From the NCBI GenBank assembly GCA_964057225.1, contig OZ059895.1, forward strand, positions 11,718,001-11,782,000: a stretch of DNA of 64,000 nucleotides, read 5' to 3'. Source of the DNA: Auanema rhodensis. Its lineage: Eukaryota; Animalia; Nematoda. The notes beneath the pieces are model-generated. The model did no database searches and had not been told where the DNA came from. It saw only the letters and a program-made list of their open reading frames with translations. Made by a program: the position numbers and the translations under genes. Positions 42,301 through 56,472 of the stretch are shown here, one piece after another (the first letter of the stretch is position 1; the number at the start of each line of letters is the position of its first letter).

Positions 42301-43419
42301 CCTATCAGAAGAAACATTGTTTAAACACTATACAACTGTGACACCTTTTTTAATTTCTTGTATTTGGAGTTCATAAGATTTGATATCATCGAGGGATCCA
42401 GATAGAACGTGGAAAATTACATAACTAACATGAAATTGGGAAAAAATTATAACGAGGATAAGTATGTGAAACATTGAATATCAGATATTTTCGCTTAGGA
42501 CCATACGACGTTGAAAGTACGCCTTGCCGCTGATTTTCAATTTTAACTCTTCTGTAACAAATGTTTCCAATTTCCAAGCAGTTTTACTTAGATAGCTCAA
42601 CCCAAGGCAGCAAATTATCTTCAATCTTATTTCTATCTTACAGTTATAAACCAGTAGTGAATGAACCATCATCTTACCTTCACTGTTTCTATCTATTTCC
42701 TATCAAAAGAAACATTGTTTAAACACTATACAACTGTGAAACCTTTTTTAATTTCTTGTATTTGGAGATCATAAGATTTGATATCATTGAGGGATCCAGA
42801 TAGAACGTGGAAAATTACGTAACTAACATGAAATTGGAAAAAACTATAACGAGGATAAGTATGTGAATCAATGAATATCAGATATTTTCGCTTAGGACCA
42901 TACCACGTTGAAAGTACGCCATGCCGCTGAATTTCAATTTTAACTCTTTTGTAACAAATGTTTTCAATTTTCAAGCAGTTTTACTCAGATAGCTTAACCC
43001 AAGGCAGCAAATTATCTTCAATATTATTTCTATCTTACAGTTATAAACCAATGGTTAATGAACCATCATCTTACCTTCACTGTTTCTATCTATTTCCTAT
43101 CAAAAGAAACATTGTTTAAACACTATACAACTGTGAAACCTTTTTTAATTTCTTGTATTTGGAGCTCATAAGATTTGATATCATTGAGGGATCCAGATAG
43201 AACGTGGAAAATTACATAACTAACATGAAATTGGGAAAAAATTATAACGAGGATAAGTATGTGAAACATTGAATATCAGATATTTTCGCCTAGGACCATA
43301 GCACGTTGAAAGTACGCCATGCCGCTGATTTTCAATTTTAACTCTTTTGTAACAAATGTTTTCAATTTTTAAGCAGTTTTACTTAGATAGCTTAACCCAA
43401 GGCAGCAAATTATCTTCAA
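27860..43419. repeat. Displaced block of about 11 monomers, 27.86-32.28 kb copied to 39.0-43.42 kb (offset 11136 bp = 28 monomers)
   Basis: Pairs 29038/40174, 29436/40572, 29834/40970, 30629/41765, 30947/42083, 31345/42481 and 31590/42726 share private variants. Confidence 0.92.
35402..40173. repeat. 3-monomer (1193 bp) higher-order repeat, 4 copies
   Basis: The marker monomer (AATAAACC, AGTACAAAT, TTAGAGCTC) starts at 35402, 36595, 37788 and 38981. Confidence 0.92.
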
Positions 43420-45049
43420 TCTTTTTTCTATCTTACAGTTATAAACCAGTAGTGAATGAACGATCATCTTACCCTTACCGTTTCTATCTATTCCCTATCG
43501 AAACCAACTTTGTTCAAAAACTATACAACTGTGAAACCTTTTTTAATTTCTTGTATTTGGAGCTCATAAGATTTGATATCATTGAGGGATCCAGATAGAA
43601 CGTGGAAAATTACGTAACTAACATGAAATTGGAAGAAACTATAACGAGGATAAGTATGTGAATCATTGAATATCAGATATTTTCGCTTAGGACCATACCA
43701 CGTTGAAAGTACGCCATGCCGCTGATTTTCAATTTTAACTCTTTTGTAACAAATGTTTTCAATTTTCAAGCAGTTTTACTCAGATAGCTTAACCCAAGGC
43801 AGCAAATTATCTTCAATATTATTTCTATCTTACAGTTATAAACCAATGGTTAATGAACCATCATCTTACCCTTACCGTTTCTATCTATTTCCTATCAAAA
43901 GCAACTTTGTTCAAACACTATACAACTGTGAAACCTTTTTTAATTTCTTGTATTTGGAGCTCATAAGATTTGATATCATTGAGGGATCCAGATAGAACGT
44001 GGAAAATTACATAACTAACATGAAATTGGGAAAAAATTATAACGAGGATAAGTATGTGAAACATTGAATATCAGATATTTTCGCCTAGGACCATAGCACG
44101 TTGAAAGTACGCCATGCCGCTGATTTTCAATTTTAACTCTTTTGTAACAAATGTTTTCAATTTTTAAGCAGTTTTACTTAGATAGCTTAACCCAAGGCAG
44201 CAAATTATCTTCAATCTTTTTTCTATCTTACAGTTATAAACCAGTAGTGAATGAACGATCATCTTACCCTTACCGTTTCTATCTATTCCCTATCGAAACC
44301 AACTTTGTTCAAAAACTATACAACTGTGAAACCTTTTTTAATTTCTTGTATTTGGAGCTCATAAGATTTGATATCATTGAGGGATCCAGATAGAACGTGG
44401 AAAATTACGTAACTAACATGAAATTGGAAGAAACTATAACGAGGATAAGTATGTGAATCATTGAATATCAGATATTTTCGCTTAGGACCATACCACGTTG
44501 AAAGTACGCCATGCCGCTGATTTTCAATTTTAACTCTTCTGTATTAAATGTTTTCAATTTTCAAGCAGTTTTACTCAGATAGCTTAACCCAAGGCAGCAA
44601 ATTATCTTCAATATTATTTCTATCTTACAGTTATAAACCAATAGTTAATGAACCATCATCTTACCCTTACCGTTTCTATCTATTTCCTATCGAAACCAAC
44701 TTTGTTCAAAAACTATACAACTGTGAAACCTTTTTTAATTTCTTGTATTTGGAGCTCATAAGATTTGATATCATCGAGGGATCCAGATAGAACGTGGAAA
44801 ATTACATAACTACCATGAAATTGGAAAAAAACTATAACGAGGGTAAGTATGTAAATCATTGAATATCAGATATTTTTGCTTACAACTATACCACGTTGTA
44901 AGTACGCCATGCCGCTGATTTTCAATTTTAATTCTTTTGTAAAAAATGTTTTCAATTTTCAAGCAGTTTTACTCAGATAGCTTAACCCAAGGCAGCAAAT
45001 TATCTTCAATATTATTTCTATCTTATAGTTATAAACCAATAGTTAATGA

Positions 45050-48000
45050 ACCATCATCTTACCCTTACCGTTTCTATCTATTTCCTATCGAAACCAACTT
45101 TGTTCAAAAACTATACAACTGTGAAACCTTTTTTAATTTCTTGTATTTGGAGCTCATAAGATTTGATATCATTGAGGGATCCAGATAGAACGTGGAAAAT
45201 TACATAACTAACATGAAATTGGGAAAAAATTATAACGAGGATAAGTATGTGAAACATTGAATATCAGATATTTTCGCTTAGGACCATACGACGTTGAAAG
45301 TACGCCATGCCGCTGATTTTCAATTTTAACTCTTCTGTAACAAATGTTTTCAATTTCCAAGCAGTTTTACTTAGATAGCTCAACCCAAGGCAGCAAATTA
45401 TCTTCAATATTATTTCTATCTTACAGTTATAAACCAATAGTTAATAAACCATCATCTTACCTTTACTGTTTCTATCTATTTTCTATCAGTACAAATATTG
45501 TTCAAACACTATACAACTGTGAAACCTTTTTTAATTTCTTGTATTTAGAGCTCATAAGATTTGATATCATTGAGGGATCCAGATAGAACGTGGAAAATTA
45601 CGTAACTAACATGAAATTGGGAAAAAGTATAACGAGGATAAGTATGTGAAACATTGAATATCAGATATTTTCGCTTAGGACCATACGACGTTGAAAGTAC
45701 GCCATGCCGCTGATTTTCAATTTTAACTCTTCTGTAACAAATGTTTTCAATTTTCAAGCAGTTTTACTTAGATAGCTCAACCCAAGGCAGCAAATTATCT
45801 TCAATCTTATTTCTATCTTACAGTTATAAACCAGTAGTGAATGAACCATCATCTTACCTTTACTGTTTCTATCTATTTTCTATCAAAAGAAACATTGTTT
45901 AAACACTATACAACTGTGAAACCTTTTTTAATTTCTTGTATTTGGAGATCATAAGATTTGATATCATTGAGGGATCCAGATAGAACGTGGAAAATTACGT
46001 AACTAACATGAAATTGGAAAAAACTATAACGAGGATAAGTATGTGAATCAATGAATATCAGATATTTTCGCTTAGGACCATACCACGTTGAAAGTACGCC
46101 ATGCCGCTGAATTTCAATTTTAACTCTTTTGTAACAAATGTTTTCAATTTTCAAGCAGTTTTACTCAGATAGCTTAACCCAAGGCAGCAAATTATCTTCA
46201 ATATTATTTCTATCTTACAGTTATAAACCAATGGTTAATGAACCATCATCTTACCCTTACCGTTTCTATCTATTTCCTATCAAAAGCAACTTTGTTCAAA
46301 CACTATACAACTGTGAAACCTTTTTTAATTTCTTGTATTTGGAGCTCATAAGATTTGATATCATTGAGGGATCCAGATAGAACGTGGAAAATTACATAAC
46401 TAACATGAAATTGGGAAAAAATTATAACGAGGATAAGTATGTGAAACATTGAATATCAGATATTTTCGCCTAGGACCATAGCACGTTGAAAGTACGCCAT
46501 GCCGCTGATTTTCAATTTTAACTCTTTTGTAACAAATGTTTTCAATTTTTAAGCAGTTTTACTTAGATAGCTTAACCCAAGGCAGCAAATTATCTTTAAT
46601 CTTTTTTCTATCTTACAGTTATAAACCAGTAGTGAATGAACGATCATCTTACCCTTACCGTTTCTATCTATTCCCTATCGAAACCAACTTTGTTCAAAAA
46701 CTATACAACTGTGAAACCTTTTTTAATTTCTTGTATTTAGAGCTCATAAGATTTGATATCATTGAGGGATCCAGATAGAACGTGGAAAATTACGTAACTA
46801 ACATGAAATTGGGAAAAAGTATAACGAGGATAAGTATGTGAAACATTGAATATCAGATATTTTCGCTTAGGACCATACGACGTTGAAAGTACGCCATGCC
46901 GCTGATTTTCAATTTTAACTCTTCTGTAACAAATGTTTTCAATTTTCAAGCAGTTTTACTTAGATAGCTCAACCCAAGGCAGCAAATTATCTTCAATCTT
47001 ATTTCTATCTTACATTTATAAACCAGTAGTGAATGAACCATCATCTTACCTTTACTGTTTCTATCTATTTTCTATCAAAAGAAACATTGTTTAAACACTA
47101 TACAACTGTGACACCTTTTTTAATTTCTTGTATTTGGAGTTCATAAGATTTGATATCATCGAGGGATCCAGATAGAACGTGGAAAATTACATAACTAACA
47201 TGAAATTGGGAAAAAATTATAACGAGGATAAGTATGTGAAACATTGAATATCAGATATTTTCGCTTAGGACCATACGACGTTGAAAGTACGCCTTGCCGC
47301 TGATTTTCAATTTTAACTCTTTTGTAAAAAATGTTTTCAAATTTCAAGCAGTTTTACTTAGATAGCTCAACCCAAGGCAGCAAATTATCTTCAATCTTAT
47401 TTCTATCTTACAGTTATAAACCAGTAGTGAATGAACCATCATCTTACCCTTACCGTTTCTATCTATTTCCTATCGAAACCAACTTTGTTCAAAAACTATA
47501 CAACTGTGAAACCTTTTTTAATTTCTTGTATTTGGAGCTCATAAGATTTGATATCATTGAGGGATCCAGATAGAACGTGGAAAATTACATAACTAACATG
47601 AAATTGGGAAAAAATTATAACGAGGATAAGTATGTGAAACATTGAATATCAGATATTTTCGCTTAGGACCATACGACGTTGAAAGTACGCCATGCCGCTG
47701 ATTTTCAATTTTAACTCTTCTGTAACAAATGTTTTCAATTTCCAAGCAGTTTTACTTAGATAGCTCAACCCAAGGCAGCAAATTATCTTCAATATTATTT
47801 CTATCTTACAGTTATAAACCAATAGTTAATAAACCATCATCTTACCTTTACTGTTTCTATCTATTTTCTATCAGTACAAATATTGTTCAAACACTATACA
47901 ACTGTGAAACCTTTTTTAATTTCTTGTATTTAGAGCTCATAAGATTTGATATCATTGAGGGATCCAGATAGAACGTGGAAAATTACGTAACTAACATGAA

Positions 48001-50205
48001 ATTGGGAAAAAGTATAACGAGGATAAGTATGTGAAACATTGAATATCAGATATTTTCGCTTAGGACCATACGACGTTGAAAGTACGCCATGCCGCTGATT
48101 TTCAATTTTAACTCTTCTGTAACAAATGTTTTCAATTTTCAAGCAGTTTTACTTAGATAGCTCAACCCAAGGCAGCAAATTATCTTCAATCTTATTTCTA
48201 TCTTACAGTTATAAACCAGTAGTGAATGAACCATCATCTTACCTTTACTGTTTCTATCTATTTTCTATCAAAAGAAACATTGTTTAAACACTATACAACT
48301 GTGAAACCTTTTTTAATTTCTTGTATTTGGAGATCATAAGATTTGATATCATTGAGGGATCCAGATAGAACGTGGAAAATTACGTAACTAACATGAAATT
48401 GGAAAAAAACTATAACGAGGATAAGTATGTGAATCAATGAATATCAGATATTTTCGCTTAGGACCATACCACGTTGAAAGTACGCCATGCCGCTGAATTT
48501 CAATTTTAACTCTTTTGTAACAAATGTTTTCAATTTTCAAGCAGTTTTACTCAGATAGCTTAACCCAAGGCAGCAAATTATCTTCAATATTATTTCTATC
48601 TTACAGTTATAAACCAATGGTTAATGAACCATCATCTTACCCTTACCGTTTCTATCTATTTCCTATCAAAAGCAACTTTGTTCAAACACTATACAACTGT
48701 GAAACCTTTTTTAATTTCTTGTATTTGGAGCTCATAAGATTTGATATCATTGAGGGATCCAGATAGAACGTGGAAAATTACATAACTAACATGAAATTGG
48801 GAAAAAATTATAACGAGGATAAGTATGTGAAACATTGAATATCAGATATTTTCGCCTAGGACCATAGCACGTTGAAAGTACGCCATGCCGCTGATTTTCA
48901 ATTTTAACTCTTTTGTAACAAATGTTTTCAATTTTTAAGCAGTTTTACTTAGATAGCTTAACCCAAGGCAGCAAATTATCTTTAATCTTTTTTCTATCTT
49001 ACAGTTATAAACCAGTAGTGAATGAACGATCATCTTACCCTTACCGTTTCTATCTATTCCCTATCGAAACCAACTTTGTTCAAAAACTATACAACTGTGA
49101 AACCTTTTTTAATTTCTTGTATTTAGAGCTCATAAGATTTGATATCATTGAGGGATCCAGATAGAACGTGGAAAATTACGTAACTAACATGAAATTGGGA
49201 AAAAGTATAACGAGGATAAGTATGTGAAACATTGAATATCAGATATTTTCGCTTAGGACCATACGACGTTGAAAGTACGCCATGCCGCTGATTTTCAATT
49301 TTAACTCTTCTGTAACAAATGTTTTCAATTTTCAAGCAGTTTTACTTAGATAGCTCAACCCAAGGCAGCAAATTATCTTCAATCTTATTTCTATCTTACA
49401 TTTATAAACCAGTAGTGAATGAACCATCATCTTACCTTTACTGTTTCTATCTATTTTCTATCAAAAGAAACATTGTTTAAACACTATACAACTGTGACAC
49501 CTTTTTTAATTTCTTGTATTTGGAGTTCATAAGATTTGATATCATCGAGGGATCCAGATAGAACGTGGAAAATTACATAACTAACATGAAATTGGGAAAA
49601 AATTATAACGAGGATAAGTATGTGAAACATTGAATATCAGATATTTTCGCTTAGGACCATACGACGTTGAAAGTACGCCTTGCCGCTGATTTTCAATTTT
49701 AACTCTTTTGTAAAAAATGTTTTCAAATTTCAAGCAGTTTTACTTAGATAGCTCAACCCAAGGCAGCAAATTATCTTCAATCTTATTTCTATCTTACAGT
49801 TATAAACCAGTAGTGAATGAACCATCATCTTACCCTTACCGTTTCTATCTATTTCCTATCGAAACCAACTTTGTTCAAAAACTATACAACTGTGAAACCT
49901 TTTTTAATTTCTTGTATTTGGAGCTCATAAGATTTGATATCATTGAGGGATCCAGATAGAACGTGGAAAATTACATAACTAACATGAAATTGGGAAAAAA
50001 TTATAACGAGGATAAGTATGTGAAACATTGAATATCAGATATTTTCGCTTAGGACCATACGACGTTGAAAGTACGCCATGCCGCTGATTTTCAATTTTAA
50101 CTCTTCTGTAACAAATGTTTTCAATTTCCAAGCAGTTTTACTTAGATAGCTCAACCCAAGGCAGCAAATTATCTTCAATATTATTTCTATCTTACAGTTA
50201 TAAAC
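45050..50205. repeat. 6-monomer (2385-2386 bp) tandem higher-order duplication
   Basis: Pairs 45344/47729, 46138/48524, 46536/48922, 47331/49717. Private TCTTTAATC and TTACATTTAT. Partial third copy at 50910-51500. Confidence 0.9.
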
Positions 50206-53200
50206 CAGTAGTGAATGAACCATCATCTTACCTTCACTGTTTCTATCTATTTCCTATCAAAAGAAACATTGTTTAAACACTATACAACTGTGACACCTTT
50301 TTTAATTTCTTGTATTTGGAGTTCATAAGATTTGATATCATCGAGGGATCCAGATAGAACGTGGAAAATTACATAACTAACATGAAATTGGGAAAAAATT
50401 ATAACGAGGATAAGTATGTGAAACATTGAATATCAGATATTTTCGCTTAGGACCATACGACGTTGAAAGTACGCCTTGCCGCTGATTTTCAATTTTAACT
50501 CTTCTGTAACAAATGTTTCCAATTTCCAAGCAGTTTTACTTAGATAGCTCAACCCAAGGCAGCAAATTATCTTCAATCTTATTTCTATCTTACAGTTATA
50601 AACCAGTAGTGAATGAACCATCATCTTACCTTCACTGTTTCTATCTATTTCCTATCAAAAGAAACATTGTTTAAACACTATACAACTGTGAAACCTTTTT
50701 TAATTTCTTGTATTTGGAGATCATAAGATTTGATATCATTGAGGGATCCAGATAGAACGTGGAAAATTACGTAACTAACATGAAATTGGAAAAAACTATA
50801 ACGAGGATAAGTATGTGAATCAATGAATATCAGATATTTTCGCTTAGGACCATACCACGTTGAAAGTACGCCATGCCGCTGAATTTCAATTTTAACTCTT
50901 TTGTAACAAATGTTTTCAATTTTCAAGCAGTTTTACTCAGATAGCTTAACCCAAGGCAGCAAATTATCTTCAATATTATTTCTATCTTACAGTTATAAAC
51001 CAATGGTTAATGAACCATCATCTTACCCTTACCGTTTCTATCTATTTCCTATCAAAAGCAACTTTGTTCAAACACTATACAACTGTGAAACCTTTTTTAA
51101 TTTCTTGTATTTGGAGCTCATAAGATTTGATATCATTGAGGGATCCAGATAGAACGTGGAAAATTACATAACTAACATGAAATTGGGAAAAAATTATAAC
51201 GAGGATAAGTATGTGAAACATTGAATATCAGATATTTTCGCCTAGGACCATAGCACGTTGAAAGTACGCCATGCCGCTGATTTTCAATTTTAACTCTTTT
51301 GTAACAAATGTTTTCAATTTTTAAGCAGTTTTACTTAGATAGCTCAACCCAAGGCAGCAAATTATCTTCAATATTATTTCTATCTTACAGTTATAAACCA
51401 GTAGTGAATGAACGATCATCTTACCCTTACCGTTTCTATCTATTCCCTATCGAAACCAACTTTGTTCAAAAACTATACAACTGTGAAACCTTTTTTAATT
51501 TCTTGTATTTGGAGCTCATAAGATTTGATATCATTGAGGGATCCAGATAGAACGTGGAAAATTACGTAACTAACATGAAATTGGAAGAAACTATAACGAG
51601 GATAAGTATGTGAATCATTGAATATCAGATATTTTCGCTTAGGACCATACCACGTTGAAAGTACGCCATGCCGCTGATTTTCAATTTTAACTCTTCTGTA
51701 TTAAATGTTTTCAATTTTCAAGCAGTTTTACTCAGATAGCTTAACCCAAGGCAGCAAATTATCTTCAATATTATTTTTATCTTACAGTTATAAACCAATA
51801 GTTAATGAACCATCATCTTACCTTTACTGTTTCTATCTATTTCCTATCGAAAGCAACTTTGTTCAAACACTATACAACTGTGAAACCTTTTTTAATTTCT
51901 TGTATTTGGAGCTCATAAGATTTGATATCATTGAGGGATCCAGATAGAACGTGGAAAATTACGTAACTAACATGAAATTGGAAGAAACTATAACGAGGAT
52001 AAGTATGTGAATCATTGAATATCAGATATTTTCGCTTAGGACCATACCACGTTGAAAGTACGCCATGCCGCTGATTTTCAATTTTAACTCTTCTGTATTA
52101 AATGTTTTCAATTTTCAAGCAGTTTTACTCAGATAGCTTAACCCAAGGCAGCAAATTATCTTCAATATTATTTTTATCTTACAGTTATAAACCAATAGTT
52201 AATGAACCATCATCTTACCTTTACTGTTTCTATCTATTTCCTATCGAAAGCAACTTTGTTCAAACACTATACAACTGTGAAACCTTTTTTAATTTCTTGT
52301 ATTTGGAGCTCATAAGATTTGATATCATTGAGGGATCCAGATAGAACGTGGAAAATTACGTAACTAACATGAAATTGGAAAAAACTATAACGAGGATAAG
52401 TATGTAAATCATTGAATATCAGATATTTTCGCTTACGACCATACCACGTTGAAAGTACGCCATGCCGCTGATTTTCAATTTTAACTCTTTTGAAACAAAT
52501 GTTTTCAATTTTTAAGCAGTTTTACTTAGATAGCTCAACCCAAGGCAGCAAATTATCTTCAATCTTTTTTCTATCTTACAGTTATAAACCAGTAGTGAAT
52601 GAACCATCATCTTACCTTTACTATTTCTATCTATTTCTTATCAGAACCAACTTTGTTCAAACACTATACAACTGAGAAGCCTTTTTTAATTTCTTGTATT
52701 TGGAGCTCATAAGATTTGATATCATTGAGGGATCCAGATAGAACGTGGAAAATTACATAACTAGCATGAAATTGGGAAAAAATTATAACGAGGATAAGTA
52801 TGTGAAACATTGAATATCAGATATTTTCGCTTAGGACCATACCACGTTAAAAGTACGGCATGCGGCTGATTTTCAATTTTAACTCTTCTGTAACAAATGT
52901 TTTCAATTTTCAAGCAGTTTTACTTAGATAGCTCAACCCAAGGCAGCAAATTATCTTCAATCTTATTTCTCTCTTACAGTTATAAACCAGTAGTGAATGA
53001 ACCATCATCTTACCTTCACTGTTTCTATCTATTTTCTATCAAAAGAAACATTGTTTAAACACTATACAACTGTGAAACCTTTTTTAATTTCTTGTATTTG
53101 GAGCTCATAAGATTTGATATCATTGAGGGATCCAGATAGAACGTGGAAAATTACATAACTAACATGAAATTGAGAAAAAATTATAACGAGGATAAGTATG

Positions 53201-56200
53201 TGAAATATTGAATATCAGATATTTTCGCTTAGGACCATACGACGTTGAAAGTACGCCATGCCGCTGATTTTTAATTTTATATCTTCTGTAACAAATGTTT
53301 TCAATTTCCAAGCAGTTTTACTTAGATAGCTCAACCCAAGGCAGCAAATTATCTTCAATCTTATTTCTATCTTACAGTTATAAACCAGTATTGAATGAAC
53401 CATCATCTTACTTTCACTGTTTCTATCTATTTCCTATCAAAAGAAACATTGTTTAAACACTATACAACTGTGAAACCTTTTTTAATTTCTTGTATTTGGA
53501 GATCATAAGATTTGATATCATTGAGGGATCCAGATAGAACGTGGAAAATTACGTAACTAACATGAAATTGGAAAAAACTATAACGAGGATAAGTATGTGA
53601 ATCAATGAATATCAGATATTTTCGCTTAGGACCATACCACGTTGAAAGTACGCCATGCCGCTGAATTTCAATTTTAACTCTTTTGTAACAAATGTTTTCA
53701 ATTTTCAAGCAGTTTTACTCAGATAGCTTAACCCAAGGCAGCAAATTATCTTCAATATTATTTCTATCTTACAGTTATAAACCAATAGTTATTGAACCAT
53801 CATCTTACCTTTACTGTTTCTATCTATTTCCTATCGAAATCAACTTTGTTCAAACACTATACAACTGTGAAACCTTTTTTAATTTCTTGTATTTGGAGCT
53901 CATAAGATTTGATATCATCGAGGGATCCAGATAGAACGTGGAAAATTACATAACTAACTTGAAATTGGGAAAAAATATAACGAGGATAAGTATGTGAAAC
54001 ATTGAATATCAGATATTTTCGCTTAGGACCATACCACGTTAAAAGTACGGCATGCGGCTGATTTTCAATTTTAACTCTTCTGTAACAAATGTTTTCAATT
54101 TTCAAGCAGTTTTACTTAGATAGCTCAACCCAAGGCAGCAAATTATCTTCAATCTTATTTCTCTCTTACAGTTATAAACCAGTAGTGAATGAACCATCAT
54201 CTTACCTTCACTGTTTCTATCTATTTTCTATCAAAAGAAACATTGTTTAAACACTATACAACTGTGAAACCTTTTTTAATTTCTTGTATTTGGAGATCAT
54301 AAGATTTGATATCATTGAGGGATCCAGATAGAACGTGGAAAATTACGTAACTAACATGAAATTGGAAAAAACTATAACGAGGATAAGTATGTGAATCAAT
54401 GAATATCAGATATTTTCGCTTAGGACCATACCACGTTGAAAGTACGCCATGCCGCTGAATTTCAATTTTAACTCTTTTGTAACAAATGTTTTCAATTTTC
54501 AAGCAGTTTTACTCAGATAGCTTAACCCAAGGCAGCAAATTATCTTCAATATTATTTCTATCTTACAGTTATAAACCAATAGTTATTGAACCATCATCTT
54601 AGCTTTACTGTTTCTATCTATTTCCTATCGAAATCAACTTTGTTCAAACACTATACAACTGTGAAACCTTTTTTAATTTCTTGTATTTGGAGCTCATAAG
54701 ATTTGATATCATCGAGGGATCCAGATAGAACGTGGAAAATTACATAACTAACTTGAAATTGGGAAAAAATATAACGAGGATAAGTATGTGAAACATTGAA
54801 TATCAGATATTTTCGCTTAGGACCACACCACGTTGAAAGTACGCCATGCCGCTGAATTTCAATTTTAACTCTTTTGTAACAAATGTTTTCAATTTTTAAG
54901 CAGTTTTACTCAGATAGCTTAACCCAAGGCAGCAAATTATCTTCAATATTATTTCTATCGTACAGTTATAAACCAATAGTTAATGAACCATCATCTTACC
55001 TTTACTGTTTCTATCTATTTCCTATCGAAAGCAACTTTGTTCAAACACTATACAACTGTGGAACCTTTTTTAATTTCTTGTATTTGGAGCTCATAAGATT
55101 TGATATCATTGAGGGATCCAGATAGAACGTGGAAAATTACATAACTAGCATGAAATTGGGAAAAAATTATAACGAGGATAAGTATGTGAAACATTGAATA
55201 TCAGATATTTTCGCTTAGGACCATACCACGTTAAAAGTACGGCATGCGGCTGATTTTCAATTTTAACTCTTCTGTAACAAATGTTTTCAATTTTCAAGCA
55301 GTTTTACTTAGATAGCTCAACCCAAGGCAGCAAATTATCTTCAATCTTATTTCTCTCTTACAGTTATAAACCAGTAGTGAATGAACCATCATCTTACCTT
55401 CACTGTTTCTATCTATTTTCTATCAAAAGAAACATTGTTTAAACACTATACAACTGTGAAACCTTTTTTAATTTCTTGTATTTGGAGCTCATAAGATTTG
55501 ATATCATTGAGGGATCCAGATAGAACGTGGAAAATTACATAACTAACATGAAATTGAGAAAAAATTATAACGAGGATAAGTATGTGAAACATTGAATATC
55601 AGATATTTTCGCTTAGGACCATACGACGTTGAAAGTACGCCATGCCGCTGATTTTTAATTTTATATCTTCTGTAACAAATGTTTTCAATTTCCAAGCAGT
55701 TTTACTTAGATAGCTCAACCCAAGGCAGCAAATTATCTTCAATCTTATTTCTATCTTACAGTTATAAACCAGTATTGAATGAACCATCATCTTACTTTCA
55801 CTGTTTCTATCTATTTCCTATCAAAAGAAACATTGTTTAAACACTATACAACTGTGAAACCTTTTTTAATTTCTTGTATTTGGAGATCATAAGATTTGAT
55901 ATCATTGAGGGATCCAGATAGAACGTGGAAAATTACGTAACTAACATGAAATTGGAAAAAACTATAACGAGGATAAGTATGTGAATCAATGAATATCAGA
56001 TATTTTCGCTTAGGACCATACCACGTTGAAAGTACGCCATGCCGCTGAATTTCAATTTTAACTCTTTTGTAACAAATGTTTTCAATTTTCAAGCAGTTTT
56101 ACTCAGATAGCTTAACCCAAGGCAGCAAATTATCTTCAATATTATTTCTATCTTACAGTTATAAACCAATAGTTATTGAACCATCATCTTACCTTTACTG

Positions 56201-56472
56201 TTTCTATCTATTTCCTATCGAAATCAACTTTGTTCAAACACTATACAACTGTGAAACCTTTTTTAATTTCTTGTATTTGGAGCTCATAAGATTTGATATC
56301 ATCGAGGGATCCAGATAGAACGTGGAAAATTAGATAACTAACTTGAAATTGGGAAAAAATATAACGAGGATAAGTATGTGAAACATTGAATATCAGATAT
56401 TTTCGCTTAGGACCACACCACGTTGAAAGTACGCCATGCCGCTGAATTTCAATTTTAACTCTTTTGTAACAA

